Assembly (NCBI GenBank): GCA_026225595.1
Contig: JAMFTB010000286.1
Coordinates: 1-57,521, forward strand
Direction: 5' to 3'
Length of the DNA: 57,521 nt
Source: Terriglobus sp.
GTDB taxonomy: Bacteria; Acidobacteriota; Terriglobia; Terriglobales; Acidobacteriaceae
Shown one piece after another: positions 19,977 through 28,857 of this stretch. The translations under genes were made by a program, and so were the position numbers. Position 1 is the stretch's first letter. Every line of letters starts with the position of its first letter. A model generated the notes under the pieces. That model saw only the letters and a list, made by a program, of their open reading frames with translations, searched no databases and was not told where the DNA came from.

Positions 19977-20005
19977 GCAGAAAAGCCCGGCGCGAGGCCG
20001 GGCTT
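19977..20005 (-). terminator. Intrinsic terminator of rpsU
   Basis: Exact reverse complement of 19736-19764. Confidence 0.8.
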
Positions 20006-20056
20006 TCCCATTCTGATGATTGTTGCAAGGATCACCTGCAAAGCAGGCGGAGGAAA

Positions 20057-20254
20057 TTAATCCTGTTCCTTGCGGACCTTCTTGCGATTCCGCTTGCGTG
20101 CAAGTGCTTCCTTGACGCGCTTCTTCTCGCCGGGCTTCAGGTAAAAGGAGTGACGCTTCACTTCCTTGATGATGTCTTCCTGCTGCACCTTGCGCTTGAA
20201 GCGGCGGAGTGCGTTCTCGAGGGGTTCACCCTCCTGGAGACGTACTTCTGCCAA
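20057..20254 (-). CDS. rpsU: 30S ribosomal protein S21
   Basis: EPLENALRRFKRKV..FYLKPG; TTG start. Confidence 0.97.
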   Translation of the reverse strand: MAEVRLQEGEPLENALRRFKRKVQQEDIIKEVKRHSFYLKPGEKKRVKEALARKRNRKKVRKEQD

Positions 20255-20474
20255 TGTAAAAACACCCCGCTCTCAGGCCACGGTGGCCAGATATCAGGAT
20301 ACCGCAAATCAGCCCCAAACGCACTTAGCCCCCGAGGGCTTCTTCATAGGTGGGGGGAATACACTCCTGTGCTGTGGATGGGGACGTACCTTCTATCACG
20401 AAGCAAATCTGACACGCCAAACCGCGCCATTTTGCTTATCCAGACCGCCTTCTTGCTATACAAACGATTACCCC

Positions 20475-23400
20475 ATGTTTTCCTTTCGATCCACGCCTCT
20501 GGCTCCTGCTGCCATCGTTTTCGCTGTCTTCCTCATGCCCGCGGCGTTCGCTGCGCAAAGCAACGCTTCAGCACCGCCTTCGGCTGCCAAGTCAGCTCCT
20601 GTAGCCGCCTCCACAGCAGACCCCTATCGCGATGAGCCGGTGGTGATTGAGCTTTCTGAGACCACGCACCGCATGCATGCGGACGGTACCGGCGAAGCCA
20701 TCCTTCACGTCATACTGCGCGTGCAGTCTGAGGGTGTGGCGCGGCAGTTCAGCGTCCTCAGCATGCCGTACGCGTCCGCCAACTCCACCGGCACCATTGA
20801 TTTTGTGCGCGTACACAAGCCAGACGGCACCACCGTGGAAACGCATGCGGACGAGGCGATGGAGATGCCCGGCGCGGTAAGCCGCGAGGCGCCCATGTAC
20901 TCCGACATTAAGGAGAAGCATCTGCCGGTGAAGGCCCTCGCAATGGGTGACCGGCTGGAGTACCAGTTCCACACCGTGATGACCAAGGCAGAGGCGCCCG
21001 GCCAGTTCTGGGGCGCGGAGCACTTCGTGGCCAAGGGCACCGTCACTCTGAAACAGACGCTGACGCTGCAGGTGCCGGAGAAGACATACGTGCAGGTGTG
21101 GAGTCCGAACCACCCCACAACGCCCACCACGCTCGACGGCGTCAAGACATGGACTTGGACCTCATCGCAGACCAAGCCCAGCGCGCGCGACGAAAACGGC
21201 AAGATGACGCCGGCCGACCTGAAGGATCCGGATGAGGATGTGGACGGCCGCGCGCTGCCCAGCGTGGCGTGGACCACCTTCCACAGCTGGGCCGAGGTGG
21301 GCGACTGGTACCGCAGCCTGGCGGAGCCGCGTTTGCAGCCCACCGCCACCGTCCGCGCCAAGGCCGACGAACTGACGAAGAACGCAAAGACGCCGCAGGA
21401 GCAGGCGGAGGCGCTGTACCGCTTCGTCGCCACGCAGATCCGATACGTCTCCATCAGCTTTGGCATCGGCCGCTTTCAGCCGCACACGCCCGACGAGGTG
21501 CTGGACCACGGCTACGGCGACTGCAAGGACAAGGACACGCTGCTGGAAAGCCTGCTGCGCGCAAAGGGCTTCACCACCGCGCCCGTGCTCATCGGCGCAG
21601 GCATCGCCCCGGTGACGGACCTGCCTTCACCCGCCGTCTTCAACCACGCCATTACGACGGTTGAGATGCCGGCGGCCACGGGCAGCACCACCAGCCGCAT
21701 CTGGCTCGACTCAACGGCAGAGGTCGCGCCCTTCCGCGTGCTGATGCCGGTCATCCGCGACCAGCACGCACTGGTCATCCCAGACAAGGCAGCAGCGACG
21801 CTCGTGAAGACCCCAGCCGACCCGCCCTATGCGTACAAGGAAGAGTTCAACGCTGAGGGCGCACTGAACAAAGACGGCCTGATGAAGGCGCATATGCAGT
21901 GGACGATCCGGTCAGACAATGAACTGGAGCTGCGTTCCATGATGCAGCGTCTATCGCCCTCGCAGTGGGACGAGTCGATGCAGTACCTGCTCAGCGCGTC
22001 GGGTTTTTCCGGGAAGGTCAGCAATACAGACATGCGGCAGCCGGACCCGGCTGCGCCTGTGCGCCTCAGCTTCGACTATCAACGCGAGAAATATGCTGAC
22101 TGGGAAAACAATCGTTCCCTGGCGCTTTTCCCCACGGTTGAAATCACCACCGTCGATAAAGACAAGCAGCCGGACTATGACATTGACCTGGGCGCGCCCC
22201 GTACCGTGGAGGCGCACAGCATCGTAACGCTGCCGCCCGGCTACCGTGCGGAACTGCCGGATGCCGTGCACGTGGAGCGCGACTTTACCACGTTTGACAA
22301 GACCTACCGCGTGGCAGATGGCAAGGTCATCTCTGACCGCAAGCTGGTGGTGAAGATGCACAAGCTGCCGCGCGATCGCTGGAAGGATTACCTCGCCTTT
22401 CAGAAAGCGGCAATGCTTGAAGACGGTGAGTATTACCTGCGCCTCATCCCACCGGATACCAAGCCGGTGAAGAGTGGTGACAGCACGAAGGCAGAGGTCA
22501 AAGACAAAGTTGGGGAATCTGCGACTTCGAATGATGATGACAATCTTGCCGATCCCCCCCGAAAACTCATGACGGAAGCGGTTTCCGCTATTGAGAAGAA
22601 GGATTACTTGACCGCGCGCGCAAAGTTGGAAGAGGTTAAGAAAGTTGACCCCCAAAGGCGCTACCTTATGGTCATGTTCGGTCAGTTGGACCTACTGGAA
22701 GGACATGTTGAAACTGCTCGGGCGGATTACGAGGAAGAGATCAAGAGAAATCCTGACATCGCAGATTCCATGGCACTCCAGCTTTCTGCGACATACATGC
22801 AAAGCCACGATTACGCTTCGGCAATCGGCGTGTTGGAGAAATACAGTGAAACGGGCAGCTACCCCGTGCGCTATTCTCTTGCTCTGCTTTACGTTGCGAA
22901 GCATGAGGATGATTCTGCGGTCAAACTTCTCAAGAAGTTGCAGCTGGAGAAACCCGATGATCGTCATATCGCAGGTTTGATCGCAGCAGAGCTATATGCA
23001 CTGCATCGCTACGAGGAAGCGGCCATGGCGGCAAAGAAAGCGATGGACGGCAGCGACGATCCAGACATCATCAACAACAACGTCTACATCCTGTCAGAGA
23101 CAAAGCTTGATCTGCCCTTTGCAGAGACGCAGTCGCGCCGCTCGGTCGATCTGCTGGAGCAGGCAACCGCATCGCACAGCATTGAAGAGGTGAATAACAA
23201 GGCGTTCGCAGAGTCGGCCAATCTTACGGCCTCGTGGGACACGCTGGGCTTCATCCTGCTGCTGCAGGGCAAGGCCACTGAGGCGGAGCCCTATCTGCAG
23301 GCAAGCTGGTTCAGCCAGACCAACGTCATCACGGGCAATCACCTGGGGCAGGCCTATGAGGCGCTGGGGCGCAAGGGCGATGCGCTATGGCTGTACCGGC

Positions 23401-23819
23401 TGGCAAAAAGTGCAGAGCACGCAGCCGATGCAAAGGAAGACTTTGCGGCAGTGGAAGCAGGCATCGCGCGGCTGGAAAAGGCAGGTGTCGTTGCCTCATC
23501 CGGTCCGAACCATCCAACGTCGCTGCAGCAGATGCGCAGCTTCCACGTCAAAAATCCATCTGGAGCTGAGGGTGGTGGAACGGTGCGTGTTCAGCTCAGC
23601 CCGGACGGTATTGCCGCAGCCATGCTCGCCTCAGGCGATGCGGGCCTGAAGCCGCTGCTGGCAGAGACAAAGACGCTGAAGGTGCCGGCAGCCGAACCCA
23701 CTGGTTCGAAGGCGCGTATCTTGCGTGACGCGGTCGTCTTCTGCGGCAAGAAAAGTGCGAGTTGCGACTTCGTCTTTATGACAAATGCCGGTGTTGCGGT
23801 TGAGGGCGCTACAGAGTAA
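20475..23819 (+). CDS. DUF3857 / transglutaminase-like / TPR exported protein
   Basis: GDCKDK, FNHAI and WLD triad motifs; TPR-like helices; WDTLG. Confidence 0.88.
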   Translation: MFSFRSTPLAPAAIVFAVFLMPAAFAAQSNASAPPSAAKSAPVAASTADPYRDEPVVIELSETTHRMHADGTGEAILHVILRVQSEGVARQFSVLSMPYASANSTGTIDFVRVHKPDGTTVETHADEAMEMPGAVSREAPMYSDIKEKHLPVKALAMGDRLEYQFHTVMTKAEAPGQFWGAEHFVAKGTVTLKQTLTLQVPEKTYVQVWSPNHPTTPTTLDGVKTWTWTSSQTKPSARDENGKMTPADLKDPDEDVDGRALPSVAWTTFHSWAEVGDWYRSLAEPRLQPTATVRAKADELTKNAKTPQEQAEALYRFVATQIRYVSISFGIGRFQPHTPDEVLDHGYGDCKDKDTLLESLLRAKGFTTAPVLIGAGIAPVTDLPSPAVFNHAITTVEMPAATGSTTSRIWLDSTAEVAPFRVLMPVIRDQHALVIPDKAAATLVKTPADPPYAYKEEFNAEGALNKDGLMKAHMQWTIRSDNELELRSMMQRLSPSQWDESMQYLLSASGFSGKVSNTDMRQPDPAAPVRLSFDYQREKYADWENNRSLALFPTVEITTVDKDKQPDYDIDLGAPRTVEAHSIVTLPPGYRAELPDAVHVERDFTTFDKTYRVADGKVISDRKLVVKMHKLPRDRWKDYLAFQKAAMLEDGEYYLRLIPPDTKPVKSGDSTKAEVKDKVGESATSNDDDNLADPPRKLMTEAVSAIEKKDYLTARAKLEEVKKVDPQRRYLMVMFGQLDLLEGHVETARADYEEEIKRNPDIADSMALQLSATYMQSHDYASAIGVLEKYSETGSYPVRYSLALLYVAKHEDDSAVKLLKKLQLEKPDDRHIAGLIAAELYALHRYEEAAMAAKKAMDGSDDPDIINNNVYILSETKLDLPFAETQSRRSVDLLEQATASHSIEEVNNKAFAESANLTASWDTLGFILLLQGKATEAEPYLQASWFSQTNVITGNHLGQAYEALGRKGDALWLYRLAKSAEHAADAKEDFAAVEAGIARLEKAGVVASSGPNHPTSLQQMRSFHVKNPSGAEGGGTVRVQLSPDGIAAAMLASGDAGLKPLLAETKTLKVPAAEPTGSKARILRDAVVFCGKKSASCDFVFMTNAGVAVEGATE

Positions 23820-23836
23820 ACCCTGTTGCGCTGTAT

Positions 23837-25420
23837 CTACCGCAGGACGAAGCTGTAGAGCGTATCGCCTGCGGCGACCACGATGTATTGCAGGCCGTCC
23901 AGTTCGAATGTCTCTGGCCCGTTGGTCACAGCGGTGCCGAGGCCCGCGTGCCACAGGATTGCTCCTGTTGCGGCGTTGAATGCGACCAGGTTTGTCGTGG
24001 TGTCGCCGGTGAAGAGCAGCCCACCGCCGGTGGTCAGGATGCCGGATCGCGCTCCGCCCATGGGCCACTCGTGGTTCCACTTCACCTTGCCGGTGCGGTA
24101 GTCCAGCGCGCGCAGGTTGTACCTGGCATAGCCGCCGCGGTCGTTGCCTGCCCAGCCCTCGGGCTTCACGTTGTTGTCAAAGATGTAATAGACGCTGTAG
24201 GCGTCCACGGCCGCGACATAAAACAGACTGGTTTGCGGATCGTAGCTGGGCGGGAACCAGTTGGCCGCGCCACCCTGGTTTGGCGACACCAGCGCGCCGT
24301 TGGGCTTGGCCGTCTTCTCAGGATTCGGAATGGGCGAGCCCTTGTCGTCCAGCCCCAGCGTCCAGTTCTGCTTCGCAAACGGAGTGCTGACCAGCGCCTT
24401 GCCGTTCGTGCGATCCACCAGGAAGAACCAGCCGTTGCGGCTGGCCTGCGCCAGCAGCTTGCGCGGCTTGCCGTCGACCACGCCGTCAATCAGGATGGGC
24501 GTCTGCACCGCGTCCCAGTCATGCGTGTCATGCGGGTTGGGCTGGAAGTACCAGACGAGCTTGCCGGTGTCCGGGTTCAGAGCGCAGATGGTGCCGGTGT
24601 ATAGGTTTGCGCCGGGGCGGGCTGCTCCGTTGATGACGGGCTGCGCGTTGCCGGTGCCGAAGTAGTACAGGTTCAGCTCAGGGTCGTACGTGCCGGGCAC
24701 CCACGTGGTGCCACCGCTGTGCAGCATGGCCTCGTCGTTGGGCCAGGTCTTCGCCTCAGGCGTGCCCGGGTCAGGATGCGTGTACCAGCGCCACTGCAGC
24801 GCGCCCGTCTCCGGGTCGTGCGCTTCAACGTAGCCGGGAATGTCAAAGTCGTCGCCACTCACGCCGACCATCACGTGATTCTTCACAATGGTGGGCGGCA
24901 CGCTGCCAAAGTAAAACTGGTCCGGATTACCAATGCTGGCGTGCCACTTTTCCTTGCCGGTGTCCTTGTCCAGCGCGATCAGGTTACAGTCTTCGGTTTC
25001 GAAGTAGACCGTGCTGCCAAGGATCGCCATGCCGCGATTGCCAATGGTCTCGCCGCCTTTGCTCTTCCAGTCAAACTGCCACAGCTTCACGCCGGTGCGC
25101 GCGTCCACGGCCCATGCATGGCTGGGCACGGTGAAGTAGAGCACACCATTCGCCTGCAGCGGTGTTGCCGAGATGCGGCGTCCACCGCCCGTTGTTGCGT
25201 CTTCGCGGAAGGTCCACGCCAGCTGCAGCTTGCCCACAGTCGCGGGTGTCAGCTTTGCCAGCGGACTGAAGCGGCGGCCGGTCAGGTCGCCGTTGTAGGT
25301 GGGCCAGTTGGCGGTGGGCGGCTTCAGTAGGTCTTGCGCCGTGATGGGCGACTGCGCGTGCATCGGCACAGCAGCAAGCGTTGTGAGCAGCAGAGAGGGA
25401 AGCAGGCGCATGCACTTCAT
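23837..25420 (-). CDS. PQQ-binding beta-propeller dehydrogenase-like protein (acido-empty-quinoprotein group A type)
   Basis: WPTYNGD..RFSPL, repeated A.DA.TGK..W blades, YFGTGN, PHDTHDWDA; no vicinal CC. Confidence 0.88.
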   Translation of the reverse strand: MKCMRLLPSLLLTTLAAVPMHAQSPITAQDLLKPPTANWPTYNGDLTGRRFSPLAKLTPATVGKLQLAWTFREDATTGGGRRISATPLQANGVLYFTVPSHAWAVDARTGVKLWQFDWKSKGGETIGNRGMAILGSTVYFETEDCNLIALDKDTGKEKWHASIGNPDQFYFGSVPPTIVKNHVMVGVSGDDFDIPGYVEAHDPETGALQWRWYTHPDPGTPEAKTWPNDEAMLHSGGTTWVPGTYDPELNLYYFGTGNAQPVINGAARPGANLYTGTICALNPDTGKLVWYFQPNPHDTHDWDAVQTPILIDGVVDGKPRKLLAQASRNGWFFLVDRTNGKALVSTPFAKQNWTLGLDDKGSPIPNPEKTAKPNGALVSPNQGGAANWFPPSYDPQTSLFYVAAVDAYSVYYIFDNNVKPEGWAGNDRGGYARYNLRALDYRTGKVKWNHEWPMGGARSGILTTGGGLLFTGDTTTNLVAFNAATGAILWHAGLGTAVTNGPETFELDGLQYIVVAAGDTLYSFVLR

Positions 25421-26211
25421 TTCAGCGTATCCAGGTAGGTCGTCACGTTGTGAATGTCGGCGTCGGTGTACTTGTCCAGCAGCTTGTAGTGGCCCTCGTA
25501 CGGGTCCACCGTCTTCACGCGAACACCCGCAGTGCGGCTGATGGAGTGGGTCATGCCATCCTTGTCGCGAACGGTCACGGTGAAGTCGTCCATGCGGACG
25601 AGGTCGCCGGTAAGTGTCTTGCCGTTAGGCATCGTCACGGTCGTTGCAACGGGCTGCTTCTTGCCAATGCCCGTGTTCGGGAAGAGCCACTTCTGCTGCA
25701 ACGCGGCAGTGCTCATGCGGCCACCAACGCCTGCCATGTCGCCGGTGGCAGAGTGGCACTTCGCGCAATTCGCGGCAAAATAAGCGGCGCCCGCGGTCGC
25801 ATCGCCGTCCGTCAGGTGCGTGGGATGGTCGTCATAGCCGCTGCGCAAAATGCGGTTGATGTTCGCGGTCAGGTACTGCGAAAGCTCCTGCGCCTGCTTG
25901 TCTGTGTAGCTGAATTTGTGCGGCGGCGTGGACTTCAGGAATGGCGCAAGCTCTTTGCCCAGCAGATTCTCACGACGGTCGTGCAGCACCACGGTCGATC
26001 TCACGAGGTCAGAGGCAGAGCCGCCGCGGCCATCCGCTCCATGGCACTTGGCGCAATCCTTCGTATAGATAGCCTGACCGCCTGTGGCTGCAGCAGGATC
26101 CACCGGCGTGCGTGGGAACTGCGCATGCGCGGCTGAAGTCGCCAGCAGCGTTGCCGCCAGCAGGGACAGCCACTTGATCTGACGCAGAAATGGATGACGC
26201 AGAAATTCCAC
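25417..26211 (-). CDS. Di-heme c-type cytochrome, probable partner of the quinoprotein
   Basis: Two CAKCH motifs, signal peptide, 4-bp overlap with the quinoprotein gene; probable GTG start. Confidence 0.88.
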   Translation of the reverse strand: MEFLRHPFLRQIKWLSLLAATLLATSAAHAQFPRTPVDPAAATGGQAIYTKDCAKCHGADGRGGSASDLVRSTVVLHDRRENLLGKELAPFLKSTPPHKFSYTDKQAQELSQYLTANINRILRSGYDDHPTHLTDGDATAGAAYFAANCAKCHSATGDMAGVGGRMSTAALQQKWLFPNTGIGKKQPVATTVTMPNGKTLTGDLVRMDDFTVTVRDKDGMTHSISRTAGVRVKTVDPYEGHYKLLDKYTDADIHNVTTYLDTLK

Positions 26212-26333
26212 TCGCTTCTTCACTTCCTCTTGCTCCGGGGCATCTTCAGCAGGTCTGGCGTTGCCGCAACGGCGCACACGCGGCTGTAGCTGCGTCTTCC
26301 TTTATACTTGCTCGCCGACCAAAAGGAGAGCCA

Positions 26334-27227
26334 ATGAACCGCAGAGCGTTTGGAAGAGTGGCCGCGAGTGCTGGAATTGCTGCCATGGCAGGGCTGCATA
26401 GGTCAGCTTCGGCAGAGGCTTTCTTCGCGCAGGCACCTGCGGCAAAGCAGCGCTTCGCCGTCATGCTTTGGGTGCTGGGCAAAGCAATCCCCATGGAGCA
26501 GCGGCTGGAGATGGTGGCTGCTGCGGGTTACGACGGCGGCGAGCTAGTGGTGGAGTGGCGCGACTGGACGCCGGAGCAGCGCCGCAGCATTATGGCGAAG
26601 AAGAACGCGCTTGGCCTGACCTTTGACGTAATGTTCCCCAGCACTGCGCCGTTGACGGATCCCTCGGCTCGCACAAAGCTGGTGGCAGATATGAAGTCTG
26701 CGATTCCAGCAGCGCACGAGTTCGGCTGCAACCGCTTCAGCTTCGCGCCGGGTGCAAGGCAGCCAGGCATGTCCATGGAGCAGCACAAGGCCGCGATCGC
26801 AGACAACCTGAAGGCGGTTATCGACGCATGTGGTCAGGAGAAGTTTGAGTTTCTGTTGGAGCCGATTGATCTGTTGGAAAACAAGCAGGCGTCCATCAAC
26901 TCTGTAAGCGACGCGTTCGATATCACGCGCGCCGTGGGCAATCCGCAGCTCAAGGTTTTGTACGACTTCTACCATGAGCAGCGTGGCTCCGGAAACATGA
27001 TCGAGAAGCTGGAAAAGAATTTTGACCAGGTGGGCCTTGTCCACATTGCAGATGTGCCCGGCCGCCACCGCCCCGGCACCGGTGAGATCGATTACCCCAA
27101 CATCTATCGCAAGCTGGCCGCGCTGAACTACACCGGCTACATCACCATGGAGTTCTACGCCGAGGGCGACGCCGTCGCAGAACTAAAAGCCGCAAAGCAG
27201 GAAGCTCTAACAGCAATGCAAAAATAA
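26334..27227 (+). CDS. Tat-exported hydroxypyruvate isomerase family protein, paralog 1
   Basis: MNRRAF Tat motif, LLEPI, LYDFYHEQ, HIADVPGRH.PGTGE; AAGGAG SD. Confidence 0.9.
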   Translation: MNRRAFGRVAASAGIAAMAGLHRSASAEAFFAQAPAAKQRFAVMLWVLGKAIPMEQRLEMVAAAGYDGGELVVEWRDWTPEQRRSIMAKKNALGLTFDVMFPSTAPLTDPSARTKLVADMKSAIPAAHEFGCNRFSFAPGARQPGMSMEQHKAAIADNLKAVIDACGQEKFEFLLEPIDLLENKQASINSVSDAFDITRAVGNPQLKVLYDFYHEQRGSGNMIEKLEKNFDQVGLVHIADVPGRHRPGTGEIDYPNIYRKLAALNYTGYITMEFYAEGDAVAELKAAKQEALTAMQK

Positions 27228-27228
27228 C

Positions 27229-27526
27229 TGTCCTGCCGGACGGGCCCGCTACGCGCGGGGCGGGTGCTCCCGCACCTCTTTACTGGCTTCGCCTCCCCTC
27301 AAGATTTGTCATCCTGAGCGTAGCGAAGTCGAAGGACCTGCATTCTGCTTGCAGCACCACAAAGCTCCGCCAAGACACAGAACCAGGTGCCCCACGTATC
27401 GATTCTGATACGTGGGATTCGGACGAGGACCAAATCTCATGCCGACCATCGGGAGGGGCGAGGCGAAGCCAGTAAAAAGGCGTGCAAACGCCCGCCCCGC
27501 GCGCAGCGGGCCCGTCCGGCAGGACA
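27229..27526. mobile_element. TGTCCTGCCGG structured repeat, copy B, carrying family-3 (27307-27344) and family-4 (27386-27416) modules
   Basis: ~70-bp imperfect terminal inverted repeats; internal CCCACGTATC-GATTCT-GATACGTGGG hairpin. Confidence 0.88.
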
Positions 27527-27586
27527 TACAGTCTTTAGAAGCAGGACAGCCGGGTATACTTGCGCACGCAGATACAGAGAGGTTTC

Positions 27587-28471
27587 ATGAACCGTCGTAA
27601 CTTTGGAAAGCTGTCCCTCGGCGCCGCAGCAGCATCGTTGCTGCCCGCTGCCTCCTTCGCCGTTGCTCCCGCAACGCCCGCAAATGGCGGCCACAAATTT
27701 GCCGTTATGCTGTGGACACTACCCAAGGGCCTGACCTTTGAGCAGCAGTTGGACCTGGTTGCAGCCGCCGGCTACAACAGCGTTGAAGTGGGCAATGAGT
27801 ACGAGAAGTGGACACCCGACGAGTGGACGCGCAACCTCGCCAAGTTGCAGTCGACAGGCCTTGGCGTGGACTCTGCCGTGCCCGGTCGCAATCCGCTGGC
27901 AGACAGCACCAAGCGCACCGCGCTGCACGACGACATTCTGAAGGCGCTGCCGGGTGCAAAGCGGCTGGGCTGCAAGCAGTTCATCTATACCGCATTCAAC
28001 CGCGTGCCAACACAGTCGCCGGAGGAGCAGCGAGCCGCAATTGTGGACACGTTGAAGTACGCGGCAGACCTGCTGGAGAAGGATGGCTTTGAGATTGTGC
28101 TCGAACCCATCGACCTGCTGGAGCACAAGGAAGAGGCCGTCATCAGCGTGAGCGAGGCCTTTGAGATCACGCGCGCCGTGGGCAGCCCGCGCATCAAGGT
28201 TTTGTACGACTTCTACCATGAGCAGCGGCAGGCGGGAAACCTGATCGAGAAGCTAACCAAGAACATCGACCAGGTCGGCCTCGTCCATATTGCGGACGTA
28301 CCGGGCCGCCACCAGCCGGGCACCGGCGAGGTCAACTACGGCAACATCTATCGCGAACTGGCGCGACTGCATTATGACCGCGTCATCTGCATGGAGTTCT
28401 CGTCGCAGGGCGACCCGGTAACGGTACTGAAGAAGGCACGCGAAGAAGCCATCGCAGCTATGAGCGCCTAG
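27587..28471 (+). CDS. Tat-exported hydroxypyruvate isomerase family protein, paralog 2
   Basis: MNRRNF Tat motif and the same motifs as paralog 1. Confidence 0.9.
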   Translation: MNRRNFGKLSLGAAAASLLPAASFAVAPATPANGGHKFAVMLWTLPKGLTFEQQLDLVAAAGYNSVEVGNEYEKWTPDEWTRNLAKLQSTGLGVDSAVPGRNPLADSTKRTALHDDILKALPGAKRLGCKQFIYTAFNRVPTQSPEEQRAAIVDTLKYAADLLEKDGFEIVLEPIDLLEHKEEAVISVSEAFEITRAVGSPRIKVLYDFYHEQRQAGNLIEKLTKNIDQVGLVHIADVPGRHQPGTGEVNYGNIYRELARLHYDRVICMEFSSQGDPVTVLKKAREEAIAAMSA

Positions 28472-28491
28472 AACAGCATTTAAATGCTCAT

Positions 28492-28852
28492 TGTCCTGCC
28501 GGACGGCCCTCCTGCGCGGAGTGCGGGCGTTTCACGCCTTTTTACTGCTTCGCGTGGGCCTCCCGATGGTCGGGATGAAAGTTTTATGCCGGGCTGACCC
28601 TCCGGGGCTAAAGCCCCTTTTATCGAGGCGGCTTTACGGCATGGCTGAAGCCATGCCCTTACGATTCGTGCCACACGGATGTGTTTGGGGCTGGTCGAAC
28701 TAATGCAGGTCCTTCGGCTTCGCTGCGCTCCGCTCAGGATGACAAAAGTTGTGGAGTGAGTTTGATCCCGACCAACGGGAGGGGCGAGGCGAAGCCAGTA
28801 AAAAGGTGCGTGAGCACCCGCCCCGCGCGTAGCGGGCCCGTCCGGCAGGACG
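28492..28852. mobile_element. TGTCCTGCCGG structured repeat, copy C, carrying family-2 (28598-28673) and family-3 (28702-28744) modules
   Basis: Terminal inverted arms with nested REP hairpins. Confidence 0.88.
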
Positions 28853-28857
28853 TGTCT

